A DNA stretch of 32,000 nucleotides, from positions 1 to 32,000 of the forward strand of contig SUPR01000015.1 of NCBI GenBank assembly GCA_005191425.1, written 5' to 3'. This document shows, piece after piece, positions 1-9,002 of this stretch. The notes under the pieces are model-generated. The model made no database searches. It saw only the letters and a list, made by a program, of their open reading frames with translations, and was not told where the DNA came from. The number at the start of each line of letters is the position of its first letter. The stretch's first letter is position 1. The position numbers were made by a program, and so were the translations under genes. The stretch is from Candidatus Helarchaeota ASGARD archaeon Hel_GB_B. Lineage in GTDB: Archaea > Asgardarchaeota > Lokiarchaeia > Helarchaeales > HEL-GB-B.

Positions 1-141
1 AATACATGCCCAAAATGTGGTGCTGGAGACGAATATATAGAATGGTGGAGCAGAGTGACCGGTTATTATTCCCGCGTGAAAAGGTTTAACAATGGAAAAA
101 TCCAGGAATGGAGAGACAGAAAACGTTATTCTATAAAATAA
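1..141 (+). CDS. nrdD: C-terminal end of anaerobic (class III) ribonucleoside-triphosphate reductase, 5'-truncated by the window edge
   Basis: Frame 1 reads NTCPKCGAGDEYIEWWSRVTGYYSRVKRFNNGKIQEWRDRKRYSIK*. This contains the CxxC Zn site, the SRVTGY glycyl-radical motif and the N-GK--E--DR tail typical of NrdD. Not in the ORF track. Confidence 0.9.
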   Translation, partial: NTCPKCGAGDEYIEWWSRVTGYYSRVKRFNNGKIQEWRDRKRYSIK

Positions 142-501
142 TTTTTTTAAAAAAATAAAATATAACTAATTTTTTTTTATTATCGACTATTTTAAAAGAA
201 ATTTCTAAAAATACTCCTTTGTTTTTATATTATTTCGTGTATTTTGTTTCAATTAAAATTAAGCAAATTATTATTATTGAAGATACGTATTTTAAAAGAA
301 TAAAAAGAGAAGTATTTAACAGTAAAATAAAAAATTTGAAAGTATTTTCAAAATAAAAGAAAAGGAGAAAAATTAAGATTTGTTTGATTCATTTTGAAAA
401 TTATTAAATATTTATAATTAAGAATTGATTTTTAATATGATATAGAATCGCACAATTATTTTTAAATAAAGAATAATATAATTTAAATAGAAGCATTAAA
501 G

Positions 502-1398
502 GTGGTTATTATTTATAATGTGACAATTACGAGAAACGCAATATTAAATATTGTGGGTTCATGTTCTCGATTTGCAAATTTTGAGATAAAATTAGAAGAG
601 TGGAAGGAAGTTTTTGGTATTTTGATAGGGGCATTAGAGGGAGCAGAAATACATATTTTAAGTGCGATTCCTTTAGAGCATGATTTTGATAAGGAAAATT
701 CAATGAGAATATCAGATGAACTATCATATATTGATACAATTTCAAAGAGTATAAATAAAAATGAGATAGTAGGGTGGTTTAGTTCAAGATATTTGGGGAA
801 TAATAAAGATAAAATTGAGATTAAAAATGAGGATTATAAATTTCATAAGAAATTTAAGAATATATTTCCAAATTCAATATTTTTATTGTTTAACCAATTA
901 AGGATTGAATATATATTAAAAAAAGTTATGGTGTCAGATCAAATTTTTGGATTTAATATGTTTGATGTAAAAGATAGTGAATTAATAGAAATAAGTTGGA
1001 AATGTCATGATGATGCACTACTTATAAGAGTTTTAATTGATGAATTAATGTTAAGAGTTGCAGAATTGTTGCCTAGATATAATTTAAAGGAGAATTATAA
1101 GGATTTGATTAAAAAAAATTGGTCTAATTTGTTGATGCAATTTGAGAATTTTAAGACTTTTTGTATTAATAAAAATAATAAAGGAGATTTACAGATTACT
1201 AAATTAATGAAAAGTTCACAGTCAATGGACCTAAAAAATTTATGTAAATCAATTAAAAAAGATATAGATCAAAGGTTAGATATGCTTGAATTAGTGGAAT
1301 TTAAGGAAAAAGAACTTGCTAACGACTTGAAGAATGAATTAATAGATTTATGTATTCGAGTAGATGACTTACAAAGTAGTTTAGAAGATTATTTATAA
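502..1398 (+). CDS. MPN/Mov34-domain protein with degenerate JAMM motif (MPN-, predicted pseudo-isopeptidase) and C-terminal helical region
   Basis: SRFAN..EEWKEVFGILIG and IVGWF match the MPN core. The expected GWYHSH..S..D reads GWFSSRYLG..., so both Zn-binding His are absent. Aligns over its full length to 4181..5113. Confidence 0.8.
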   Translation: MVIIYNVTITRNAILNIVGSCSRFANFEIKLEEWKEVFGILIGALEGAEIHILSAIPLEHDFDKENSMRISDELSYIDTISKSINKNEIVGWFSSRYLGNNKDKIEIKNEDYKFHKKFKNIFPNSIFLLFNQLRIEYILKKVMVSDQIFGFNMFDVKDSELIEISWKCHDDALLIRVLIDELMLRVAELLPRYNLKENYKDLIKKNWSNLLMQFENFKTFCINKNNKGDLQITKLMKSSQSMDLKNLCKSIKKDIDQRLDMLELVEFKEKELANDLKNELIDLCIRVDDLQSSLEDYL

Positions 1399-1526
1399 AC
1401 AGTACGGATTCCAAACCTTGAATTAAATTCAAAAATTAATGTTTTAAATGTTCTATTTTTATTTTAAGACAAAAATATAGTATATCTCATTAAAAATAAA
1501 TTTTTAAATTTATATAAATATAAATC

Positions 1527-2420
1527 ATGAAAAAGTTGAATTTAAACGGAATTATTCCAGCATGTATAACTACATTTAGTCAAGAAGGAAAAATAGACAT
1601 CATATCAATGAAAAATCACATAAAATACTTAATAAAAAATGGAATTAAATCTGTTTTAATATTAGGTTCAACAGGGGAATTTGCATACATAAATTTTGAT
1701 GAGAAAGTTAAATTAATTCAAGAAATTGGAAAATTTTTGTCCTCTAGTTATCCAGATGTACAATATATTGTAGGTGTTTCTTCTACAAATTTAAAAGAAT
1801 CAATTGAATTGGGAGAAATTGCTTATAAAAGCAGCGCTAATGCTGTAATAGCCATATTAGAGACATATTTTCCTTTGGAGAAAGACCAAATTATATCATA
1901 CTATGTAGAACTTTCAAATAATTTAAAAATACCATTGATAGCATACAATTTTCCGCTTGTTTCAGGAGTGGATTTATTACCAAAAATTTTAGTCGAATTG
2001 GCTGAGACAGGAGCAATTATTGGAGTTAAAGAAACGGCGGTACCAATTAATATAATAAAAGAATTATTAGAAGAAGCGCCCGAAGATTTTACTACAATAA
2101 TTGGTACAGATATGATGCTGAAAGGTTCAATTGAAATTGGGATAAGATCGGCAATATTAGGCTCAGGAAATTATATACCTAGAAATTTAGTGCAATATTT
2201 TAGTGCAGTAGAACAAAATGACATAAATGAGCAATTAAAAATCTGGAAGATTATATCAAAAAAAATATCAATATTGACATATGGACTCAATTTATTACCA
2301 TCAATAATAAAAGAAGCGGTAATTTTATCAGGTAGTCCAATCCCACCTTATGTTAGAAGACCATTACCCATGGTTTCTGAAAAACTTAGGAATAAAATTA
2401 AAAGGGTCTTGTTAAAATAA
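1527..2420 (+). CDS. DHDPS/NAL-family class I aldolase (DapA-like)
   Basis: GSTGEF motif, catalytic Tyr in YNFP, Schiff-base Lys in GVKET. YNFPLVSG lacks the DapA Arg (YNVPSRTG), so the substrate is uncertain. Confidence 0.85.
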   Translation: MKKLNLNGIIPACITTFSQEGKIDIISMKNHIKYLIKNGIKSVLILGSTGEFAYINFDEKVKLIQEIGKFLSSSYPDVQYIVGVSSTNLKESIELGEIAYKSSANAVIAILETYFPLEKDQIISYYVELSNNLKIPLIAYNFPLVSGVDLLPKILVELAETGAIIGVKETAVPINIIKELLEEAPEDFTTIIGTDMMLKGSIEIGIRSAILGSGNYIPRNLVQYFSAVEQNDINEQLKIWKIISKKISILTYGLNLLPSIIKEAVILSGSPIPPYVRRPLPMVSEKLRNKIKRVLLK

Positions 2421-2556
2421 GAAAGATAAACAGTATCAATTTAATTATCTTCAGTTTAAAAAGTTTGATTTAATTTTAAATAAATTATTAAAAGACATTA
2501 TACTTATACAATATGATTTTTGCAAAAGTTAATTAATATTAGGATAATAATAGTAA

Positions 2557-2820
2557 TTGAAGGTCAAACAAATGTTGAAATCGTTGACAATTATTGGATT
2601 AGTTTCTTTGATTTTAGGAATTATTTTATCAATTTATTTAAATATTTACTGGTCAATGGCGGCTATATTTGGATTTCCAATTTTTATTCTGGGACTAGTA
2701 ATAACGGTAGGGGACAAGAAGAAGAAAAAAGAGGGGCCTGAGACAATCTATTGTTCAAATTGTGGTTCTGTATTGACCAAAGGTACTCAATATTGCCCAT
2801 ATTGTGGAAAAAAATTGTAA
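2557..2820 (+). CDS. Small membrane protein with two TM helices and a C-terminal zinc ribbon (ATG start possibly 2572)
   Basis: Two hydrophobic stretches, a lysine run, then CSNCG...CPYCGKKL. Confidence 0.8.
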   Translation: MKVKQMLKSLTIIGLVSLILGIILSIYLNIYWSMAAIFGFPIFILGLVITVGDKKKKKEGPETIYCSNCGSVLTKGTQYCPYCGKKL

Positions 2821-2823
2821 ATC

Positions 2824-2832
2824 TTTTTTTTT
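2824..2832 (+). terminator. Possible archaeal oligo-T terminator
   Basis: T9 tract 3 nt after the stop of 2557..2820. Weak evidence in such an AT-rich genome. Confidence 0.3.
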
Positions 2833-2923
2833 AATATTATGATTTAATTTAATAAAATAAAATTAATATTTCAAGTGATAAATTTGAGAATTAGAAGTTG
2901 AGTAAATATTTATTTAAAATATT

Positions 2924-4180
2924 TTGTGGTCAAAAATTTGTGAAATAAAAATGATACCAAATAATAGCAATTCAAATTTTGCAGTATTTTCTATTTTAGG
3001 AAAGGACAGGCCGGGATTAGTTTCAATTATAACAGAAAAATTGGTCAATAATAAAATCAATATAGTAGATATTGAAGCTCGTTCAATGAGAGGACTTTTT
3101 GCGATGTTTATAATAATTGATCTAAATGATGAAAAAATATCGATCAACGAGTTAAGAGAAATTTATGCCGATTTAGGTAAAAAATATGATTTAAAGATTT
3201 CAATTGAAAAATATAAAAAAGGAAGGAGGAAATCTGATAAAAAGCTTATTTTATTAACTGCATTAGGTCCAGATAGACCAGGAATAGTTTTTAATTTGTC
3301 GAAGCTTTTTGAAAAATATAAAGTCAATATAGAACATATAAGAATGACGAGTAGAGGAGAATTATTTGCAATGGAAATGTTAATTGATATTAGCGACTTA
3401 TTAATAAGTTCTAATGATTTTAGGATGGAAATTCAGGCAGTTTGTGAAGATATTGGCTTAAGTTCAGTAATTCAAAAAGAAGATATCTATAATAAAACGA
3501 AAAAACTGATTGTTTTTGATATGGACAGTACATTAATAACGCAAGAAATTATTGATGAGATTGCTATTGCAGCTGGAGCAGGGGAAGAAGTTAAGGAAAT
3601 AACATTAAAAGCTATGGAAGGAAAAATAAGTTATATAGAAGCAATAAAGCAAAGAGTTAAACTTTTAGAAGGTGTTAATGTTAGTGTATTGGAAACTATT
3701 GCAAAAAATATGATATTAACACCTGGCGCTGAAGAGTTAATTAATTTATTAAAGATGATGGGGTTTAAAATTGCGATTATAAGTGGTGGATTTGATTATT
3801 TTACAAATATTTTAAAACAAAAGTTAGGGATCGATTATGTTTTTTCCAATAAATTAATAATAAAAGATGGGAAATTGACAGGGGAATTAGAAGAGCCGAT
3901 AATTGACGGTAAAAAAAAGGGTGAATTGATTTCATGGATAGCTGAGTTAGAAGGTATTTCTAAAGATGAAATAGTAGCTGTGGGAGATGGAGCAACAGAT
4001 AAATTTATGTTGAATGAATCAGGCCTTGGAATTGCGTTTAACCCAAAACCAGTATTAAAAAAATTTGCAGATGGCGTGATTACACAAAAAAATTTAATTG
4101 GTCTATTATATGTTTTAGGAATTTCAGATAAAAAATTAAATGAAATGTTATTAAAAATAAAAAATGATAAAGAAAAATAA
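2924..4180 (+). CDS. serB: Phosphoserine phosphatase with two N-terminal ACT domains (ATG start probably 2951)
   Basis: ACT motifs GKDRPGLV and GPDRPGIV. HAD motifs FDMDSTLI, ISGGF, K and GDGATD. Confidence 0.95.
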   Translation: MWSKICEIKMIPNNSNSNFAVFSILGKDRPGLVSIITEKLVNNKINIVDIEARSMRGLFAMFIIIDLNDEKISINELREIYADLGKKYDLKISIEKYKKGRRKSDKKLILLTALGPDRPGIVFNLSKLFEKYKVNIEHIRMTSRGELFAMEMLIDISDLLISSNDFRMEIQAVCEDIGLSSVIQKEDIYNKTKKLIVFDMDSTLITQEIIDEIAIAAGAGEEVKEITLKAMEGKISYIEAIKQRVKLLEGVNVSVLETIAKNMILTPGAEELINLLKMMGFKIAIISGGFDYFTNILKQKLGIDYVFSNKLIIKDGKLTGELEEPIIDGKKKGELISWIAELEGISKDEIVAVGDGATDKFMLNESGLGIAFNPKPVLKKFADGVITQKNLIGLLYVLGISDKKLNEMLLKIKNDKEK

Positions 4181-5113
4181 TCAAATTTCATTTTTTAATT
4201 TTTCTAGTTTATTGTTAATTTCAATAACATAACTTAACAAATCATTTAATCGCTGAATAAATTCATCTCTTATATTATATTCTTTATATTCAACAAAATC
4301 CAGAAAATATATTCTAGTTTTAATTATCTCAATTAATTTATCGTTAAACTTTTTAATATCAGGGTATTGCTTTTCAAAAACTTCTTGCCTTTTTTTTCTA
4401 TCCTTTTTTTTAATTTGATTAATATAATCTGACAGGGAATAAAATTGTTTTTTGACTTTTTCATTATTTAATTCAATAAATTTTTCAAGGCGGGCTTTTA
4501 AATTTTGAGCTGGTAGAAATTGAGGTATTTTATCAATTAACGAATTTATTTTTTCTCTTGTACTTCCGATATCTCCTTGAAATTGCCATTTTACTTCATA
4601 GAATTTTGATTCTAAATTAATTTCAGGACCTTCAAGTCGAAAAATTTTAAACCCAAAAGTTTTCTCATTATTAAATTCAAGGCTATTTATATCTAAATCC
4701 AGATTTTTAATGATCAGAAATGGGTCAATAACTAAAGCTATTGCATCAGGATTTTGATTTTGATAGCCTAGTTGAGTTTCATTATCAAAATCAGATAAAA
4801 ATAAATCGATATTGGGGTGTGAATGATACCAACCTACAAAAAACTCTGGTGCAATTTTTTCAGATAACTCAGCTGCTGCTACGTAGTCTTCAGGACCAAA
4901 CCCAACCTTCAGAAATAATTCAGATTCATCTTTTTTTGTATGAGTAAATGGAATTGCATCAGTGACAATAACATTCTCACCTTCAATTTTACCTTGTAGC
5001 AACCCATACACTTCGCCCCAATCCTCTTTTAAAAGACCAAAATTTGCGAATCTAGTGGCACTTATTACAATTTTTATTATTGGTTTCTCAGACAATAAAA
5101 CGTCTTTATTCAT
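4181..5113 (-). CDS. JAMM/MPN+ metallo-isopeptidase (Rpn11/CSN5-like) with C-terminal helical region
   Basis: EVYGLL followed by GWYHSHPNIDLFLSDFD gives an intact E...HxH-x7-S-x2-D motif, then LVIDP. GTGAGGT SD upstream of the ATG. Confidence 0.93.
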   Translation of the reverse strand: MNKDVLLSEKPIIKIVISATRFANFGLLKEDWGEVYGLLQGKIEGENVIVTDAIPFTHTKKDESELFLKVGFGPEDYVAAAELSEKIAPEFFVGWYHSHPNIDLFLSDFDNETQLGYQNQNPDAIALVIDPFLIIKNLDLDINSLEFNNEKTFGFKIFRLEGPEINLESKFYEVKWQFQGDIGSTREKINSLIDKIPQFLPAQNLKARLEKFIELNNEKVKKQFYSLSDYINQIKKKDRKKRQEVFEKQYPDIKKFNDKLIEIIKTRIYFLDFVEYKEYNIRDEFIQRLNDLLSYVIEINNKLEKLKNEI

Positions 5114-5464
5114 ATTACCTCACTAAAAATAAAACATTTAATTTTAATTTAGCAATAAGTATTATTTAAATTCTATTTCAAATTAATGTTAGATATTTTG
5201 CAGATTAGAGTCTTGAATAACGTAAAAAATAGATAAGTTTAAAAAAAATGTTTACATTTTTAATCAATTTATAATGTGAAAATAGTCTAAAAAAAATAGT
5301 TCAATAATCCTTCAGTGAATAAAAAAAAGAAATTTAATAAATTAAAGCGTTTGTATTTAATCCTTGAAAAATAAAAGGCATAAAATTATATCAGTAAATT
5401 ACAAAAAAAACATTATAATTAAAAAAATTAGAGGTTATAAGTTATATATTCTATAAATATAGAA

Positions 5465-5992
5465 TTAAATAATGTGTACTATATTATTAGCTATGTAAGC
5501 ATTAATTTGTTTTTCTTTAATTAACTGCTTGACCCAGTCTAATGCCTCTTCAAAATTTATTTCCAAAATTTCTGCAATATCATTAATCGATATTTCATCT
5601 TTATTTTTTATTATTTTATTAAAATCATTTATGGTGAGATATAGACATTTTTCATGTTCTGGTTTCCAATTTAATTTATTTATTAATTCTCGCGCTCGTT
5701 CATATATTGTTTGGTTCTGTGAACGGGATAACCAGACTAAATCTTGTTTAAATTCGAATAAATATTTGGGATTATTTTTAATTATTTTCAATAAAGCTTG
5801 ATAAGAGCTCCATTGTTTAAAATACAGTTTTTTTTCTTCTTTTTGTTTTTTAGGTATTTCTTTTTTAAAAAAATCAATTAATTTGGAGATTTCTTTAATT
5901 ACCCCTGAAAAATCATGGATTTGATGCAATTTGTTGATTGTATCTGAAATCTTTTTCACATCATTATGCCAAATATCTTCAATCTCTATCAT
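5465..5992 (-). CDS. Helical protein with C-terminal PCI-like winged-helix
   Basis: C-terminus EISINDIAEILEINFEEALDWVKQLIKEKQINAYIANNIVHI follows the PCI/PINT winged-helix pattern (ISL..LA..L.....EVE..L..LI..G.I.A.ID). The N-terminal part looks alpha-helical/HEAT-like. The CDS is likely real; the PCI call is by eye. Confidence 0.6.
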   Translation of the reverse strand: MIEIEDIWHNDVKKISDTINKLHQIHDFSGVIKEISKLIDFFKKEIPKKQKEEKKLYFKQWSSYQALLKIIKNNPKYLFEFKQDLVWLSRSQNQTIYERARELINKLNWKPEHEKCLYLTINDFNKIIKNKDEISINDIAEILEINFEEALDWVKQLIKEKQINAYIANNIVHII

Positions 5993-6121
5993 TAATAAAT
6001 ACTAAAATTATAATTTATAAAAATCTATGGTAGATCTTATTAAAAAGAGGGAAAAGTATAAATAAAAAAATAGAGTTTTTAGGAATTATTTCTAATTACA
6101 GATATATACTATTTAATAATA

Positions 6122-6334
6122 TTACATATTTTTAATCGCTAAAAGGATATCAGCTTTATTTACCTTTTTTCGGCCTGCATGCTTAGCTAATATCATTGCT
6201 CGTTGAGTTATTTCAATGCAAATATCTGTAAAATAAGAAACCAAGTAATCTACAGCTTCCCTAGCTACGATTTTGGCTCCATTTTCAGCCATAAGTGCCC
6301 TTATCGGGGACCATGCGATATATTTTCTAGCCAT
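6122..6334 (-). CDS. Archaeal histone (HMf-like fold, no long tail)
   Basis: IAWSPIRALMAENGAKIVAREAV...AKHAGRKKVNKADILLA matches the histone fold, with AxHAGRK-x-V-x-x-x-D loop 2/helix 3. GAGGT SD upstream. Confidence 0.95.
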   Translation of the reverse strand: MARKYIAWSPIRALMAENGAKIVAREAVDYLVSYFTDICIEITQRAMILAKHAGRKKVNKADILLAIKNM

Positions 6335-6413
6335 ATTTCAAACCTCAAAGTTAATTTATTAATAGACATATAATTGGGAATATTGTCTAATTTTAACCTA
6401 GTTAAGATAAGAA

Positions 6414-6428
6414 TATATAAATATTTTG
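6414..6428 (-). promoter_or_regulatory. Putative BRE/TATA promoter of the histone gene
   Basis: Minus strand reads CAAAATA-TTTATATA about 80 nt upstream of the ATG. The AT-rich background makes this uncertain. Confidence 0.35.
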
Positions 6429-6906
6429 GTTTAATATCATCATCATCACTTCTTAATAAAAAATATGAAAAATTGAAATATTAATGAAAATTAATTTTTA
6501 TCAACAAAATTTTATATTTTTTTATTTTTATTACGATGATAGTATATATATGCAAAATAATTTTTTTAACATCAAATTAGGTTTTTTTCGGTATAATCTT
6601 GAAATTAAACCATGATAATTGTACATTTAACTTTTTAGTTCAATTTTAAGGGTAGTATTAATATTTATTTTTTTAGAGAAATATGAAAAATAAAAAATTA
6701 AAATTGAAAAAATCAAGGAGGAATAAACGTGCACCATGACTAAATATTTATTTAGTTAAGCAATTCACTTTTGTCGAACCAATTGCAAATATTATGAAAT
6801 AACAGTGTAAATATTATTGATTAGAATTAAAAATAACTAATTGTTTCTTAGATAATTTAAAATATAACAAAAATTTATTTATTGAAATTAAATATAAGTA
6901 TTTAAA

Positions 6907-7914
6907 ATGAAATTGAAAAATTTAATAATAATTTTTTTGATTTTTAACGTAATTCCATATTATACAGAGATAAAGTCTAATGATAATTATTTGAACATAA
7001 TTTACGAAATTAATAACAATATTAATAAAAATAATATTATCAATACAGTATCAAAATTATGTGAAAATAATTCTAGAATTACTGGAACTCTTAATTGTAA
7101 TTATTCTGCATTTTATATTAGAAATGCATTAGAAAAAAATAATATATCAAATGTGTTTTTTCAATATTTTCCGTTTAATAATACAAAAGCAATAAATGTG
7201 ATAGGTAAATTAAAAAATCAAACTAAATTAAATTCAAATATATTGTTAATGGCGCATTATGACTCTATTTCAGTGGACAATATCGCGCCAGGGGCTAATG
7301 ATAATGCAGCCTCTGTAGCATGTATTATTGAAATAGCTAGATTACTTCAAATTATTTTAAAAGGAATTATTCCCCAGAGAAATTTGATTGTTTTATTAAC
7401 ATCCGGAGAAGAGGAAAGTCTATGTGGATCGAATTCTTGGATTATTAATAATCCACAAACAATTTCGACCTTACTTTGTGTAATAAATTTTGATATGATT
7501 GGATACGGCGAATATCATACAGTAATTTCCAATGAAGATTCAAATTGGTTGGCAAGGTATATTATTGAGTGTGGGACTACTATGAATTTACACATCTCTA
7601 AATCATATGCAATATATCCAGCTACTGCAAGGTCAGATCATGCTAATTTTATGTATATGAATATACCCACAGCTTGGATTTTTGAACAAGACGATTATTA
7701 TGTTTGGATGCATACGGCACAAGATACTATTGACAAAATAAATTTTTCATTAGTGAGTAATTGTGCAAAATTATTCACGTTTATTTTGTACAAACTTATG
7801 ATAGAAAAAAGAGGAACAAATTATTCAATAATTGGCTTGATTTTTTTGAATCTACTAATTTTATTACCAATTAGATTTTATTTTATTAGAAAAATTAATA
7901 TTAACAAAAAATAA
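6907..7914 (+). CDS. Exported, membrane-anchored M28-family Zn aminopeptidase
   Basis: Signal-like N-terminus. AHYDS, GANDNAAS, GEEE, NFDMIG, RSDH and HTAQD ligand motifs. C-terminal TM helix followed by basic residues. Confidence 0.92.
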   Translation: MKLKNLIIIFLIFNVIPYYTEIKSNDNYLNIIYEINNNINKNNIINTVSKLCENNSRITGTLNCNYSAFYIRNALEKNNISNVFFQYFPFNNTKAINVIGKLKNQTKLNSNILLMAHYDSISVDNIAPGANDNAASVACIIEIARLLQIILKGIIPQRNLIVLLTSGEEESLCGSNSWIINNPQTISTLLCVINFDMIGYGEYHTVISNEDSNWLARYIIECGTTMNLHISKSYAIYPATARSDHANFMYMNIPTAWIFEQDDYYVWMHTAQDTIDKINFSLVSNCAKLFTFILYKLMIEKRGTNYSIIGLIFLNLLILLPIRFYFIRKININKK

Positions 7915-7923
7915 ATGATAGTT

Positions 7924-8811
7924 TCAATGATTTTTGACAATAAAATTATAAATATATTCAATATCTTCTTTATCAAATTCATCTAATAGATTTGCAATGA
8001 TTTTTTCCTTGTCCATAATATATTGGCATTTTCTTATACCTTGAATATGGTCTAAAATTGTAAGCAATTTATGATTTTTATTAATTTGGTCATTATTATT
8101 AAGCAAATCATAATTTACTTCCCAAATAATTTGAGATTTGACCCATAAAGTTCTAAGTGCATCTAGAATTTTAGGACTGATTTTTGTCCCCCAAGATTTT
8201 TCACCTGGAAAATGTGCGCAACGTCCTACCCAACATTTAAGGTTTTTATCCCATTTATTGACCGCGTTTATAATGGGGTATTTTGCACATGTAGAGGGTT
8301 TATATTTATGGATTAAACATTCCCTCGTGCCGTCTTTCAAGGCAGTGCATGTAACCTCGTTTTGATAAATTTTAGTTTTCAAAATAATTTTTCTATTCGT
8401 TTTAATAAATTGAGATGGTGAGAGTAATTTTTCATTTAAAATCCTGTAATAATCCAATTTACTAACCGTATAACTTGAATGACAACATCCATGGGGGTCA
8501 GGACAATCTTCTAGGCAATTTGGCGAAAATAATGCAATTTTATATAAAAAAGCCTCCCGAATAGAGTCATGAATTTTCACGCTGTTTATAATTATACTTT
8601 TTGAAAGAATATCACTAAAAATTGAATAAATTGGATGATTCATAAGATTACTATTATTATTACAGACTTTTCTTATTTTTTCATCCCAATTTTCCCTTTT
8701 TAGGTCTACTTCCAATACCTTTAGATATTTAATAATTTCAGAAAATGTATCTAGAAGAAATTCAAATTGCGAGCCTTTTAAAGGACTTAATATCTCGATT
8801 AAAGGAATCAA
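7924..8811 (-). CDS. YkgJ-family cysteine-cluster (putative Fe-S/Zn) protein
   Basis: CLEDCPDPHGCC ... CTAL...ECLIHKYKPSTCAKYP. TTG start with GGAGA SD. Confidence 0.75.
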   Translation of the reverse strand: MIPLIEILSPLKGSQFEFLLDTFSEIIKYLKVLEVDLKRENWDEKIRKVCNNNSNLMNHPIYSIFSDILSKSIIINSVKIHDSIREAFLYKIALFSPNCLEDCPDPHGCCHSSYTVSKLDYYRILNEKLLSPSQFIKTNRKIILKTKIYQNEVTCTALKDGTRECLIHKYKPSTCAKYPIINAVNKWDKNLKCWVGRCAHFPGEKSWGTKISPKILDALRTLWVKSQIIWEVNYDLLNNNDQINKNHKLLTILDHIQGIRKCQYIMDKEKIIANLLDEFDKEDIEYIYNFIVKNH

Positions 8812-9002
8812 ACTATCTCCTTTATTAAGTATTTCATTTTTTTTGAATCAAATAATTATTTAACTGAAAAAATTTTATTATTGTGGTAAATATAATTTTT
8901 AACTAAAATTTAAATAAATTAAATGGCAAATTTTTATATAGATATGTTTTTTAAAGAAATGTTGCTCATATAAAATAATTAAAATTAGGAAATCTAAAAA
9001 AA

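Noticed and set aside
2520-2741. 73-aa ORF overlapping the zinc-ribbon membrane gene
   Set aside because: Alternative frame; the 2557..2820 frame has the clear TM + CxxC architecture.
6683-6739. Short basic ORF MKNKKLKLKKSRRNKRAP resembling the L39e N-terminus
   Set aside because: It stops after 18 codons and the downstream frames lack the L39e W..RHWRR signature. A-rich DNA readily gives Lys-rich peptides.
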